A stretch of DNA of 64,000 nt from an uncultured Gammaproteobacteria bacterium (GCA_963729605.1 CAVSNY010000004.1:192001-256000); one strand, 5' to 3'. Positions 1 to 10,804 are shown, counted from the stretch's first letter. Made by a program: numbers and translations. The notes: a model not told the origin generated them from the letters alone.

Positions 1-1
1 T

Positions 2-1192
2 ACCGCCGCGCCGCTGGTGTCGGCCGATTCGCGCAATACCGGCGGCGGTACGGTGAGCGCGGCGCTGGTCAACGTCGACGACCTCACTACCAGCGATTAC
101 CGGTTGTCATACAACGGCGCCGACAGTTACACCCTGACCCGCATCAACGACGGCCAGGCCTTCGCCATCAACACCGGCGGCAATTCGCCTTACTTGACCG
201 CCACCGTCGATGGTATCGCCTTGACGATAACCTCCGGCGCGGCGGCCGGCGACAGTTTCCTCGTGCGGCCGACCTACGCGGCGGTGGGAAATTTACAGGT
301 CGCGATCAGCGATCCGGCCAAAATCGCCGCCGCGGCGCCGATCCGCACCCAGGTGTCCCTCGGCAATGTCGGTAACGCCACCATCAGCGCCGGCGCGGTG
401 AATTCGCCGGACAACCGGCTGGTGGTGCAGTTCACCGCGCCCGGCAGTTACGATGTGGTGGATGAGACCACCGGCGCGATCTTGGGACAAGGATTGAGTT
501 ACAACTCGGGCGGCAATATCGCCTTCAACGGTTTGAGCTTTCAGATCACCGACGGCGGCAGCGGTCCCGCCGCCGGCGACCGCTTTTATATCGATCAAAA
601 GGTCACCGGCGCCGACGGCGCCAACACCGGCGCCGCGACGATCGGCCAGGTGACGGCGAGCCCGCCCGATCCCCGTCTCCGCGATAGTGTCAGCATCGTC
701 TTCACCAGCCCTACCAGTTACAACATCGTGGGGGCGACCACCGGCAGCCCGACCACCAACGTGCCCTACACCAGCGGCGACACCATCAGCTACAACGGCT
801 GGAATCTCGCCATCAGCGGCACGCCGGCGGCAGGCGATACCTTCACGGTGTCCGCCAACAACAATGGTGTCGGCGATAATCGCAATGCCTTGTTGTTGAG
901 CGGACTGCAACAAAAATCGACGCTGGCCGGCGGTACCGCGAGTTATCAGGACGCGTACGGGCAAATCGTCGCCGATATCGGGACCAAAGCTCAGCAGGCG
1001 CATATCGCCAGCGGTGCCCGCGAAACCTTGCTCAAACAATCGATCGACGCCCGCGATTCGGTGTCCGGCGTCAATCTCGATGAAGAGGCGGCGAATCTGA
1101 TGAAGATGCAGCAGGCTTATCAGGCGGCGGCCCGGGTGATTTCAATGGCGGATAGTTTGTTCCAGACCTTGTTGGATGCAGTACGCAGGTAA
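2..1192 (+). CDS. flgK: Flagellar hook-associated protein FlgK, 5'-truncated by the window edge
   Basis: C-terminal SGVNLDEEAANLMKMQQAYQAAARVI and GDNRNA motifs; directly upstream of flgL; frame open to the window start. Confidence 0.95.
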   Translation, partial: TAAPLVSADSRNTGGGTVSAALVNVDDLTTSDYRLSYNGADSYTLTRINDGQAFAINTGGNSPYLTATVDGIALTITSGAAAGDSFLVRPTYAAVGNLQVAISDPAKIAAAAPIRTQVSLGNVGNATISAGAVNSPDNRLVVQFTAPGSYDVVDETTGAILGQGLSYNSGGNIAFNGLSFQITDGGSGPAAGDRFYIDQKVTGADGANTGAATIGQVTASPPDPRLRDSVSIVFTSPTSYNIVGATTGSPTTNVPYTSGDTISYNGWNLAISGTPAAGDTFTVSANNNGVGDNRNALLLSGLQQKSTLAGGTASYQDAYGQIVADIGTKAQQAHIASGARETLLKQSIDARDSVSGVNLDEEAANLMKMQQAYQAAARVISMADSLFQTLLDAVRR

Positions 1193-1198
1193 TCGTCT

Positions 1199-2392
1199 AT
1201 GCGGATATCGACCAATCAAATTTATCAACGCGGCGTGGATGCGATGCTCGAGCAGCAGTCGCTGCTCAGCAAAACCCAAAATCAGTTGGCGACGGGTAAG
1301 CGGATAGTGGTTCCCAGCGACGATCCTATCGGCGCGGTACAAATGCTTGATCTGCAGAAAAACGTGGAATCAACCAAACGCTATCAAGAAAATATCGCCG
1401 CCACGCGGGTCAGCTTGAGTATGGAAGAGCAGGGCTTGCGTGAAGGAATAGGCATTCTGCAGCGGGTGAGGGATTTGGCGATTCAGGCCAATAACGCCTC
1501 GATGAGCAATTCGCAAAGGCAAGGTCTGGCCGCGGAGATCGATGAACATCTCGCGGGATTGCTAGGCATCGCCAACACCCAAGACGCGAATGGCGATTAT
1601 CTGTTTGCCGGGTTTTCCACTAACGGAAAACCCTTTAGTCAAAGCCCGACCGGTTTTAATTACGCCGGCGACCAAGGTCAACGACTGGCGCAAATTGGCC
1701 CCACTCGCCAAGTGGCGATGAGTGATTCGGGAATGAGAGTCTTCCAAGCGATCAAGGACGGCAACGGCACCTTCGTGACCTCCTATAACGCGGCCAACAC
1801 CGGCAGCGGCGTGATCGATCCGGGCACTGTGACGAATCCGGCGGCCTGGGTAAGAGATACCTATACGATTAATTTCATCACGCCGACCAGTTATGAAGTG
1901 CGTGACAGCAGCGCGACGCTGATAAGCAGCGGCACTTATCAAGCGGATGCGGACATCGCCTTTAACGGCGTACAAACCTCCATCGCCGGTACGCCCGCCG
2001 CCGGCGATCAGTTTACCCTTGCTCCAAGCACTCACCAGGATGTGTTTACTACCTTGCGGGATTTGGCCAACGCATTGCGCGGCGCGCCCGTGGACCCGGC
2101 GGCCAAGGCCCAGGCGGCCAATGACATCAATCGGGCCATGACGAATTTGGATCAGGCCTTGGATAATTTTTCTAATTTGGAGGCTTCGGTGGGCGCTCGT
2201 CTCCAGGCGCTCGACAATCAAGAAAGCATAAATGAAGACTTTATCTTGATATCGGAAATGGCCTTGGCCGACGTGCAGGATCTTGATTACGCGGAGGCCA
2301 TCAGCCTTTTTAACCGGCAATTACTGGCTTTGCAGGCCGCGCAGCAATCCTTTATGCGCGTGCAGAACTTATCGTTATTTAACTTTTTTTAA
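1199..2392 (+). CDS. flgL: Flagellar hook-associated protein FlgL
   Basis: MRIST N-terminus, TGKRI..PSDDP, C-terminal DLDYAEAIS...LQAAQQSF...LSLFNF. Confidence 0.96.
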   Translation: MRISTNQIYQRGVDAMLEQQSLLSKTQNQLATGKRIVVPSDDPIGAVQMLDLQKNVESTKRYQENIAATRVSLSMEEQGLREGIGILQRVRDLAIQANNASMSNSQRQGLAAEIDEHLAGLLGIANTQDANGDYLFAGFSTNGKPFSQSPTGFNYAGDQGQRLAQIGPTRQVAMSDSGMRVFQAIKDGNGTFVTSYNAANTGSGVIDPGTVTNPAAWVRDTYTINFITPTSYEVRDSSATLISSGTYQADADIAFNGVQTSIAGTPAAGDQFTLAPSTHQDVFTTLRDLANALRGAPVDPAAKAQAANDINRAMTNLDQALDNFSNLEASVGARLQALDNQESINEDFILISEMALADVQDLDYAEAISLFNRQLLALQAAQQSFMRVQNLSLFNFF

Positions 2393-2497
2393 AAATCTTC
2401 TCTTCTTCACTGAGGCGTTACCGCTGCCGGTCTATGCATTCCTGCTCGGCGTAGGATTCCAATGGAAGCCGTTTTTCAAAACAGCGCGTGGATGTGC

Positions 2498-2541
2498 CGT
2501 GTTCTGCGGATTCAAGAATGAAATTATTTCAACGTTCTCTA
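2498..2541 (+). repeat. Degenerate relic of one end of repeat family A
   Basis: cgtgttctgcggattcaagaatgaaattattt aligns by eye with cgtgctctgaaaattccaggatggaattattc of the 38990-39140 copy (about 24/32 identical). Confidence 0.45.
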
Positions 2542-2919
2542 TCAATCGCTCAATTCGCGTAACAAGCCAAACCTCACCCCGCCGCGTCCACCAAGACAAC
2601 AGGAAGAAGGCATTCTTACGCGGCGACGGTGTCCATCCGGGTAGCCGCTCCCGCCCGCGGGAGCAGGGGGAATCACGCCCCGACCCCCGTGTCCGATATC
2701 AATATTTTTCGAGAGAGGATCACGTCGTTCATGCCTCGCGTGGACCGAATGCGGCAAAAATCCATTTGAGATGGGTTCTGATCAAATGACGGTTTCCCAT
2801 GATTTGTCGAACACATACAGGCAATTTTTCCGCGTAGTACTATCGTCTGCCGTTTCGGTAAGGACATCCCGCATCCTCTGGGTCACTCTGCCGGTCACGC
2901 TGTTTTTTCTAGGTAGGAC

Positions 2920-2947
2920 TAAAGTCCGCCGCCTCTCGCACCGATAC
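2920..2947 (+). promoter_or_regulatory. Putative sigma28 (FliA) promoter of flagellin
   Basis: TAAAG-N15-ACCGATAC about 90 nt upstream of the fliC ATG; spacer one base longer than the canonical TAAAG-N14-GCCGATAA. Confidence 0.65.
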
Positions 2948-3038
2948 ATTTGCTGGAAGCGGTGAATACCCCTTTGGGTATATCCGCTAAGTATAAATAT
3001 TGACCTCGGCTAAACCCGGGGTTATGAGGAGTAACGCA

Positions 3039-5189
3039 ATGGCTCTTAGTATTAACACCAATGTTATGTCTTTGAATGCGCAGAAAAATCTTCGCGCATC
3101 GGAATCACCCATGCAAACGGCGATGCAACGCTTGTCCACGGGCATGCGTATTAATAGCGCCAAGGATGACGCCGCGGGTCTGGCTATTTCAACCCGTATG
3201 ACCACCCAAATCAATGGCTTGAATGCGGCCAGCCGTAACGCCAATGACGCCATTTCCATGGCGCAAGTGGCCGAGGGCGCCATGTCCGAGATGAGTAACA
3301 TGTTGCAGCGCATACGTGAATTGGCCATCCAGTCGGCCAATGCCACCAATTCATCTTCGGATCGCGCGGCGCTGAACTCGGAAGTGAACCAGTTGCTGTC
3401 TGAATTCCAGCGCATTTCCTCCACCACGGAATACAACGGTCAAAAAATGATCGACGGGACCTTTAGCACTGCGTCGTTCCAAGTCGGCGCCAACGCCAAC
3501 CAGACCATCAGCGTGAGTATGGGCAATACCCAGACCACCGCGTTGGGCGCCTATCAGTACAACAACACCTCCAGCGCGGTGAGCGGTACGGCCCTCGCCT
3601 CCGGTGACCTCACCATCAATGATGTGAATGTCGGCGCCTCCGTCAGCGGCAGCGCGGACGACATCGTCACCGCCATTAACAGCGTGACCAACCAGAGCGG
3701 CGTCACCGCCACCGCCACGTCGTCGATTACCGCCGCGAATGCCCCCTCCGGCCGAATCAACCTTCAATCCGGCGATTTGGTAATTAATGGCGTGAACATC
3801 GGCGCGGTCACCGGCAGTTATAATCTGGCGACCCAAGGTACCAACATCGCTAATGCCATCAACGCCAAGACCACCTCCACCGGTGTGACCGCCACGGTCA
3901 ACACTTCCAACGGCGCGTTGACCTTGTCGTCCAGCACTGGCAAGACCATTGCCATTACCAGCAACAACACCACCGCGGGCGCCGCCCGGGTGGAGAACGC
4001 GACGGGTTTGGAACTGTCCGCCAGTACCGTACAGGCGAGTAATGCCTTGGCGATCACCGCCACCGCGGGCGTGGCGGTTGCCACCATGACCTCCGGTGTC
4101 GGTCTGCATGGTCAGCAGTTTACGGTGGGCACGGGCGCGAAAGAGGTTACCTACCAATTGGTGGATTCCGATAACGTCGGTTATGCCGGCATGGGCAGCC
4201 CGGCCAACGGTGCCGATCTCGGCGGCGACGTCATCGCGGTGGTATGGAGCTCAGGGACCGGTCAGGCCAGCCTTAATACCAACCTCAAGGCCGCCGTCGA
4301 AGCAAACAATACAACTGTCACGCTGACCAGTTCCGGCGCAGACCAGACCGTGACCTCGAATGTGCGTGGTGTGGAGACGGTGAATGGTTATAACCTGGCC
4401 AATGTAGGCGCCGGTACCGCACTGGGGGGTATTAATAATGCCTCGGTCGCGGCGGCCGGTGTCGCCGAAGGCGGGACCGTGATTGTCGATGGCACCACGT
4501 ATACCTTCTCTGATGTGGCATCCAGCTCCGGCAACACCATCTCTATGCGTCAGGTCCAGAACTCGATGGCGACGGATCTTGCCGCGGCTATTACCGCTAA
4601 CCACGGCGCCAACACCACCGATGTCACCGCCGCCGCGGCCACCAACACGGTGACGGTGACCGCCGATGTGCGTGGTACGCCGGGTAATTCAGCGGTCGAT
4701 GCGACCGGTACGGCGATCGCGGCCGGCGTGGTTGAGACCCTCAGCAATGCCACCGACGGCGCTTACACCGCCAGCACCACCTACGGCACGATTTCGCTGA
4801 ATTCCAGCTCAACCTATCAAGTGGGTGGCAACAATCCCGGCAATGCGGGCCTGTCCACGGCTTCCGCCACCCTGACCTCGATCAGCACCATCGACATCTC
4901 CTCGGTGGCGGGCGCCAATGCCGCCATCGCTCTGGCGGATGGCGCGCTGGCGCAGATCAGCAGTCTGCGTGCCGATCTGGGTGCGGTGCAAAATCGATTC
5001 GAGTCCACGGTGGCCAATCTTGCCACCATGTCCGAGAATCTGAGCGCCGCGCGCAGTCGGATCATGGACGCGGACTTCGCCGCTGAAACGGCGGCATTGA
5101 CCCGTGCCCAGATCATGCAGCAAGCGGGTATCGCCATGTTGGCGCAAGCCAATGCCGTTCCGCAGAACGTACTGGCACTGTTGCGGTAA
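3039..5189 (+). CDS. fliC: Flagellin (716 aa, large variable central region)
   Basis: [37 protein letters not shown]-terminus; [28 protein letters not shown]-terminus; RBS GAGGAG before ATG 3039. Confidence 0.97.
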   Translation: MALSINTNVMSLNAQKNLRASESPMQTAMQRLSTGMRINSAKDDAAGLAISTRMTTQINGLNAASRNANDAISMAQVAEGAMSEMSNMLQRIRELAIQSANATNSSSDRAALNSEVNQLLSEFQRISSTTEYNGQKMIDGTFSTASFQVGANANQTISVSMGNTQTTALGAYQYNNTSSAVSGTALASGDLTINDVNVGASVSGSADDIVTAINSVTNQSGVTATATSSITAANAPSGRINLQSGDLVINGVNIGAVTGSYNLATQGTNIANAINAKTTSTGVTATVNTSNGALTLSSSTGKTIAITSNNTTAGAARVENATGLELSASTVQASNALAITATAGVAVATMTSGVGLHGQQFTVGTGAKEVTYQLVDSDNVGYAGMGSPANGADLGGDVIAVVWSSGTGQASLNTNLKAAVEANNTTVTLTSSGADQTVTSNVRGVETVNGYNLANVGAGTALGGINNASVAAAGVAEGGTVIVDGTTYTFSDVASSSGNTISMRQVQNSMATDLAAAITANHGANTTDVTAAAATNTVTVTADVRGTPGNSAVDATGTAIAAGVVETLSNATDGAYTASTTYGTISLNSSSTYQVGGNNPGNAGLSTASATLTSISTIDISSVAGANAAIALADGALAQISSLRADLGAVQNRFESTVANLATMSENLSAARSRIMDADFAAETAALTRAQIMQQAGIAMLAQANAVPQNVLALLR

Positions 5190-5202
5190 GCGCAAAGGGG
5201 AT

Positions 5203-5235
5203 AGGCGCCCGGATTGCCGGGCGCCTGTTTCTCTT
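5203..5235 (+). terminator. Intrinsic terminator-like hairpin after fliC
   Basis: aggcgcccgg-attg-ccgggcgcct perfect 10-bp stem followed by gtttctctt. Confidence 0.75.
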
Positions 5236-5259
5236 CGTCAACAGTGAGGGTGAAAATTC

Positions 5260-5643
5260 ATGAGCTCATTACATGTTTCCGATGTCATGGTGGGTACAAC
5301 CGGGCGTACTCTCTCCAAACCGCCCACTGAAGCCGTCGTACCCAATACATTAACCAAGCGGCAAACGTCCACCGAGAACGGCAAGGCTCAGCCACAGGAA
5401 GTGCAGCCGGCCGTGATAAATGAAGATAAGTTGAATGAAGAAGTCCAGCGCCTCAATGAGCACGCGCAGCAGGAGCGGCGTGATTTGCACTTCAGCGTTG
5501 ATGAGCAAAGTGGTCGGACTATAATTAAAATTATTGATTCTCAGACCAAAGAGGTCATACGCCAGATTCCGTCCGAAGAAGCGCAGATATTGGTGAAGCG
5601 TCTTGAAGAAGGACAAGGCTTATTATTACCGATCAAAGCTTGA
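5260..5643 (+). CDS. flaG: Flagellar protein FlaG
   Basis: LHFSVDEQSGRTIIKIIDSQTKEVIRQIPSEE motif; lies between fliC and fliD. Confidence 0.93.
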   Translation: MSSLHVSDVMVGTTGRTLSKPPTEAVVPNTLTKRQTSTENGKAQPQEVQPAVINEDKLNEEVQRLNEHAQQERRDLHFSVDEQSGRTIIKIIDSQTKEVIRQIPSEEAQILVKRLEEGQGLLLPIKA

Positions 5644-5645
5644 GT

Positions 5646-5660
5646 TGGCTCAAGTATTGC
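5646..5660 (+). promoter_or_regulatory. Putative sigma54 promoter of fliDST
   Basis: TGGCTCAAGTATTGC with correct GG-N10-GC spacing, upstream of fliD. Confidence 0.65.
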
Positions 5661-5735
5661 ACTGCAATATGCATCAAGATTGAGTAGATTATTCAGTAGT
5701 TCCAGTAGTTCGAATTTCCACTTGGGGGAAAGAGA

Positions 5736-7748
5736 ATGGCGTCCATAACTTCATCAGGCATTGGTTCCGGTTTGGATATCAACGGCCTGGTCAGTCAGCT
5801 GGTGGCGGCGGAGCGTGCGCCGACCACGCAACGTCTGGCGGTGAAAGAAGCCAAGTTGCAAGCCAAGCTGTCGGCTTATGGAACGCTGAAAAGTTCTTTG
5901 TCCTCCTTTCAATCGGCGGCGAACACACTTAAATCATTAACCACCTTTCAGGCGCGGAGCGCCTCGGTCAGCGACAGTTCGGTGATGACGGCGACCGCGA
6001 GCAGCATTGCTCAGGAAGGCGCCTACAGCGTAAAAGTGCTTGAAATGGCGCAAGCCCACAGCCTGGCCTCGACAACGGGTTTCGAGGATTTGAGCACGGC
6101 GGTCGGCACGGGCAGTTTGACGTTCCGTTTCGGCAGCTACAATGTCTCCGAAACGACGTTTACCCAGAGTGGTGAAGTGCCCAGCAAAACCGTAGTGATC
6201 GGCGACGCCGACAACAGTTTGAGCGGCATCAGAGACGCGGTGAACGCCGCGGATATCGGTGTACGCGCATCCATCGTCAATGATGGCAGTGGTTATCGTT
6301 TATTATTCAGCTCGTCGGAGAGCGGCGCCAGCCACGCTCTGGAAGTCACCGTGGATGAGGGCGGCGCGCCGGCGGCTAACGAGGATCTCAGCGGTTTATC
6401 CCAACTGGTTTTTTCCGCGAGCGTGAAAAACGCAACGCGTACCGAGCTCGCCCAAGATGCGCGGGTCAGCATCAACGGCCTGATCGTGACGCGCCCCAAT
6501 AATGTAGTGGACGGCGCCATCCCCGGCGTCACCCTGAATCTGCAGAGCACGGCGCCGGATAAACCGGTGCTGGTCGAAATAAACCACGATCAGCAAGGCG
6601 CCTATGCCGCGGTGGATAAATTTGTCGCCAGTTATAACGAATTGGTCGCGACCATGAAGTCGTTGGGCGACTATAGAGCGGATACTCAGACCGCGGGTGT
6701 GCTGCTGGGCGATCCCGCCCTGCGCAGCGTGGAAACCCGTTTGCGTCAAGTGTTGGGCCAGGTGGTGGAGGGAACCGGTGGCGCTTACCGTTCTCTCGCC
6801 GACATTGGCATCGCTACGCAGCGAGACGGGACGTTGTCGCTGAACGCGAATAAATTGCAGAGTGCGCTCGATAGCGATTTTGATTCGGTGGGCCGTTTGT
6901 TCGCCACCAGCGGCCATGCCAGCGATAGTTTGGTCACCTATCACAGCGCAAGCGCGGATACGCGCGCCGGCAGTTATAGTTTGCAGGTCGACCGGCTTGC
7001 CACCCAGGGTAGTTTTTCCGGCCGCGCCGGTATCGCCGCGGTGACCTTGGACACCAGTAATAATGCGTTCTCCGTCAATGTGGACGGTGTGCAATCCGCC
7101 AGTCTCACTCTCAGCGCTGGCACTTACGACAGCCCGGCCGAACTGGCCAGTTTGGCCGCTGAAATGACCAGCAAGATTAATGGCGCGGCCGCCCTCCAAT
7201 CCGCGGGAATATCGGTTACGGTCAGTTACGACAACGACCAGCAGCGTTTCATGATCCGTTCCAACAGTTATGGCAGCGCCTCCACGGTGAGCATGGTCTC
7301 GTTAATGGCCAGTCTTGGCCTGGACCAAGGCGGCAGTGGGGAAGCAGGCCAGGATGTGGCGGGCAGCTTGGGCGGCTTGCCGGCCACCGGCGCCGGCCAA
7401 ATATTGACCGGTGCCGGCGGGGCGCAAGGGTTGAACGTGCAAATCGGCGGCGGGGTCGTCGGTGCGCGCGGTGATGTGAATTTTTCGCGGGGTTACGGTG
7501 AAAGTCTTGGCAATGTGCTGGATGACTTGCTGAACACGCAAAATCTGCTGGATACCAAGCGTAGCGGCATGCAAACAGAGATCAGCGCTATTGCCAACGA
7601 ACGGATCGCTTTGGACCGGCGCATGACCGCGCTGCAAACGCGCCTGTCTCGCCAGTTCTCGGCGATGGATGCGTTGGTGAGCCAATTACGCAGTACGTCG
7701 GATTTTTTGACTCAACAGCTGGCCGCGTTACAGCCATCCTCTAGTTAG
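5736..7748 (+). CDS. fliD: Flagellar filament capping protein FliD (670 aa)
   Basis: MASITSSGIGSGLDINGLVSQLVAAE N-terminus; QFSAMDALVSQL C-terminus. Confidence 0.96.
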   Translation: MASITSSGIGSGLDINGLVSQLVAAERAPTTQRLAVKEAKLQAKLSAYGTLKSSLSSFQSAANTLKSLTTFQARSASVSDSSVMTATASSIAQEGAYSVKVLEMAQAHSLASTTGFEDLSTAVGTGSLTFRFGSYNVSETTFTQSGEVPSKTVVIGDADNSLSGIRDAVNAADIGVRASIVNDGSGYRLLFSSSESGASHALEVTVDEGGAPAANEDLSGLSQLVFSASVKNATRTELAQDARVSINGLIVTRPNNVVDGAIPGVTLNLQSTAPDKPVLVEINHDQQGAYAAVDKFVASYNELVATMKSLGDYRADTQTAGVLLGDPALRSVETRLRQVLGQVVEGTGGAYRSLADIGIATQRDGTLSLNANKLQSALDSDFDSVGRLFATSGHASDSLVTYHSASADTRAGSYSLQVDRLATQGSFSGRAGIAAVTLDTSNNAFSVNVDGVQSASLTLSAGTYDSPAELASLAAEMTSKINGAAALQSAGISVTVSYDNDQQRFMIRSNSYGSASTVSMVSLMASLGLDQGGSGEAGQDVAGSLGGLPATGAGQILTGAGGAQGLNVQIGGGVVGARGDVNFSRGYGESLGNVLDDLLNTQNLLDTKRSGMQTEISAIANERIALDRRMTALQTRLSRQFSAMDALVSQLRSTSDFLTQQLAALQPSSS

Positions 7749-7851
7749 AGCAGGGGAAGGTTTTAGCCAGACCATTTTTCGCGATGGGCCGCGATGAGAA
7801 TTGATAAATAATCGGCACGGCCACAGGGCCATACATATTTAAGGAGCGTTA

Positions 7852-8271
7852 ATGAATTACTCCGTTAATAAAGGATTGAAGCAATACAACCAAGTCGTGG
7901 CGCAAAGCGCGGTAAGCGGGGTAAGCCCGCACCGGCTGATCCAGATGCTGCTGGATGGGGCGATCAACAAAATCACCATGGCCAAGGGTTATATGAATCA
8001 CCGTGATATAGCCAACAAAGGCAGCCATATTTCCTGGGCCATCGCCATCATCGGTGGATTACGCGGCAGTCTCAACAAAGAAGCGGGCGGCGCCATCGCG
8101 CAGAATCTCGATGATCTCTACGACTACATGTGCCGCCGGCTGGTGCAAGCCAATCTGGATAATCGGCCGGAATTGCTCGACGAAGTGACCGTGTTGCTAC
8201 GCGAGCTGAAGAACGGATGGGAGAGCATCCCCCCCGAGGTGCAGAAATCCGCCGAGGTCAGCGAAAAATGA
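7852..8271 (+). CDS. fliS: Flagellin export chaperone FliS
   Basis: SPHRLIQMLLDGA, IAQNLDDLYDYM, LRELKNGW motifs. Confidence 0.96.
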   Translation: MNYSVNKGLKQYNQVVAQSAVSGVSPHRLIQMLLDGAINKITMAKGYMNHRDIANKGSHISWAIAIIGGLRGSLNKEAGGAIAQNLDDLYDYMCRRLVQANLDNRPELLDEVTVLLRELKNGWESIPPEVQKSAEVSEK

Positions 8272-8567
8272 AACCCTCTTTTGATCCGCTCGCCGTGTGC
8301 GCCAGCATGGGCGAGGCGGCTCAGCGCCAGGATTGGCCGGCATTGGCCGCGCTGGAGGAGGCTTTCTCCGCCGACATGCGCCATCTGTTGGCCACTTCCC
8401 CCCCGGCGGGCCGAGAACAAGAATTCGCCGCCTTGCTGAGCGAAGTATTGCAGGCCTATGAAACCTTGCTTTCACTGAGCGGCACTGTGCGGCAAGAACT
8501 GGCGGATCAGTTGCAAGGACTGCAGCGCGGTCAGCAGGCGCGCGATGCGTATAAAGAGTGCACTTAG
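8268..8567 (+). CDS. fliT: FliT-like flagellar chaperone
   Basis: ATGA overlap with the fliS stop; helical 99 aa with QDWPAL and C-terminal ARDAY; position after fliS. Confidence 0.75.
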   Translation: MKPSFDPLAVCASMGEAAQRQDWPALAALEEAFSADMRHLLATSPPAGREQEFAALLSEVLQAYETLLSLSGTVRQELADQLQGLQRGQQARDAYKECT

Positions 8568-8618
8568 CGCAGGCTGGGTCGATCGCTCCGAGCGGCGGGC
8601 TGAAACGGCAAAACCACT

Positions 8619-9191
8619 ATGCCACACAATGATAATCCAGGTTTGATCTGTGAAGGGATACTGCCCCTCCGCTGGCAAGAAGAGAACGCCGCACCCGGCG
8701 AAGAAGAACTCGCCTTGCTCGATGCGCGCAATCAGGACGTGTTGAAAATCATTTATACACTGGACGAACAGCTTCCCGACGGCGCCGAGGAACAGTACGG
8801 CGCTACGCCTGATTTGGCCGCGGTCGAATTCAAGTTGAATCTGCTTTTTGATCTGGTCAGCCAGGTACTCAGCCACTATGTCCCCCTGCCGCCGCCGCGC
8901 GCCACCAAGCTCAGCGCGGGCGGTCTTGAATGGCGGGATGCCGCGCCGCCCCCCGTCGGTACCCTGCTCCGGGTGGAGCTTTATCTTAGCGGCCGTTATC
9001 CGCGGCCTCTTACCTTGTTCGGATGGGTACAGAACGTGACGCCCACCGCGGGTGTCACCCAAGTCACGCTGCCATTTCATGGCATGGGTGCTAGTACTCG
9101 GGAATGGCTGGAGAAATTGATTTTCCGCCACCATCGCCGCAGTGTGGCCTATGCCCGCCGCGAATTAGGCCACGACGAGCCTCCCCCTTAA
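8619..9191 (+). CDS. Atypical PilZ-domain protein
   Basis: VEFKLNLL helix, KLSAGG beta-barrel entry, LEKLIFRHHRR C-terminus. Confidence 0.75.
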   Translation: MPHNDNPGLICEGILPLRWQEENAAPGEEELALLDARNQDVLKIIYTLDEQLPDGAEEQYGATPDLAAVEFKLNLLFDLVSQVLSHYVPLPPPRATKLSAGGLEWRDAAPPPVGTLLRVELYLSGRYPRPLTLFGWVQNVTPTAGVTQVTLPFHGMGASTREWLEKLIFRHHRRSVAYARRELGHDEPPP

Positions 9192-9202
9192 ACCCTCGGC
9201 AC

Positions 9203-9216
9203 GACAAAATTTTGAC
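9203..9216. promoter_or_regulatory. Putative FleQ-binding box upstream of fleQ
   Basis: GACAAAATTTTGAC resembles the GTCAnnAAATTGAC FleQ consensus; related GACGTAATTTTGTC at 10738-10751 before the fleS promoter. Confidence 0.45.
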
Positions 9217-9328
9217 ATCTTGCGGGCGCGGTGATTTACTGATTACCGGTGTCTGCGAGCGTGTATCAATAGTCTCGGCGAAAGATAAATGGCTTATGCC
9301 GGCGGGCGGTGCGACGAGGGGGGTGTGA

Positions 9329-10744
9329 ATGTCAGTGGGGACGGTGATTGTAGTGGATGCCGATGCGCAACGCCGCGATGAGCTGCGCGCTATTCTGGCG
9401 TTTCTCGACTATAGCGACGTGCAGGTCACGGATTGCGATAACTGGCGGCAGACATTGGCCGCGGCGCAGCCGGCGCTGGCGGTTTTATTAGGGGAGTGTG
9501 GATCGACGGAGCAGGGCAGTGACGTGTTTCGATCCATGAAGGAGTCGAATATCCAAGCCCCGATCATCGCCTTGCGCTTGCCGAATCTAAGTTTGCCGGA
9601 GAACGTGGAAGCGGGGGCGCTCACCGTAGTCGAATGGCCGGTGAAATATCGCCAGCTCACCAATGCCCTGCAACAAGCCGAGGTGTACGTGGAAAGCCGC
9701 AGTGAGGCCTCGTCGCGGCGGTCGCCGGAATTGTTCCGCAGCTTGGTGGGTAACAGCCGCAGTGTCCGTAACGTCCGTAAGCTCATTGAGCAGGTCGCCA
9801 GCACCGATGCCACCGTCTTGATCCTGGGCGAATCGGGCACCGGCAAGGAAGTGGTGGCGCGTAATCTGCACTACCATTCGTCGCGCCGCAATAAACCCTT
9901 TGTCCCCATCAATTGCGGTGCCATCCCCGCCGAACTGCTGGAAAGCGAGTTGTTCGGTCATGAAAAAGGCGCCTTTACCGGTGCCCTTACCACACGCCAA
10001 GGCCGCTTCGAGTTGGCCGAGGGCGGCAGTCTGTTCCTCGATGAGATCGGCGATATGAGCCTGCACATGCAGGTCAAATTGCTGCGGGTACTTCAAGAAC
10101 GGGTGTTTGAACGGGTGGGCAGCAACAAGCCGATACAGGCCGATGTGCGGATTATCGCCGCGACGCATCACAAGCTTGAAGAGCAGATCGTCGCGGGCAA
10201 TTTTCGGGAGGATCTTTATTACCGGCTCAACGTCTTTCCTATCGAAATGCCGCCCTTGCGCGAGCGTAAAGAAGATGTGCCGCTTTTAATCACCGAACTC
10301 ATCACCCGCTTGGAGCATGAAAAGCGGGGCTCGGCGCGGCTCACGCCGCAAGCGGTGTTATCTCTTTGTGAATACCACTGGCCGGGCAATGTGCGAGAAC
10401 TGGCGAATTTGATGGAGCGTCTGGTCATCATGTTCCCGTTCGGTATCGTGGATGTTCAAGACTTGCCCGAGAAATTTCGCAACGGGACAGTGAGTGATTT
10501 TCCCCGCGAATTGGTCGCGGAGCTCGACATGAGCTACGACCCGCTGGCCGTGCCGCGTTTGCCGCGTGAAGGCATGGATCTCAAAGAACATATCAACAAT
10601 CTGGAATACAACCTGATCAAGCAGGCGTTGGAAGACGCGGACGGGGTCGTGGCCCATGCCGCCAACCGCCTCAAGCTGCGTCGTACCACCTTGGTGGAAA
10701 AAATGCGGAAATACGGTTTACAACGCAGCGATGAAGTGACGTAA
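9329..10744 (+). CDS. fleQ: Sigma54-dependent flagellar master regulator FleQ/FlrA
   Basis: Degenerate REC-like N-domain, [30 protein letters not shown]; upstream of fleSR. Confidence 0.95.
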   Translation: MSVGTVIVVDADAQRRDELRAILAFLDYSDVQVTDCDNWRQTLAAAQPALAVLLGECGSTEQGSDVFRSMKESNIQAPIIALRLPNLSLPENVEAGALTVVEWPVKYRQLTNALQQAEVYVESRSEASSRRSPELFRSLVGNSRSVRNVRKLIEQVASTDATVLILGESGTGKEVVARNLHYHSSRRNKPFVPINCGAIPAELLESELFGHEKGAFTGALTTRQGRFELAEGGSLFLDEIGDMSLHMQVKLLRVLQERVFERVGSNKPIQADVRIIAATHHKLEEQIVAGNFREDLYYRLNVFPIEMPPLRERKEDVPLLITELITRLEHEKRGSARLTPQAVLSLCEYHWPGNVRELANLMERLVIMFPFGIVDVQDLPEKFRNGTVSDFPRELVAELDMSYDPLAVPRLPREGMDLKEHINNLEYNLIKQALEDADGVVAHAANRLKLRRTTLVEKMRKYGLQRSDEVT

Positions 10745-10804
10745 TTTTGTCGTTGTCCGCCATGCTGTTTTTTCATCCTATTGTTTTTAAAGGAATCGAC
10801 TCTT

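Noticed and set aside
3550-4900. Possible enzymatic (flagellinolysin-type) insert in the large flagellin
   Set aside because: No HExxH motif; composition is structural (Thr/Ser/Ala/Gly-rich)
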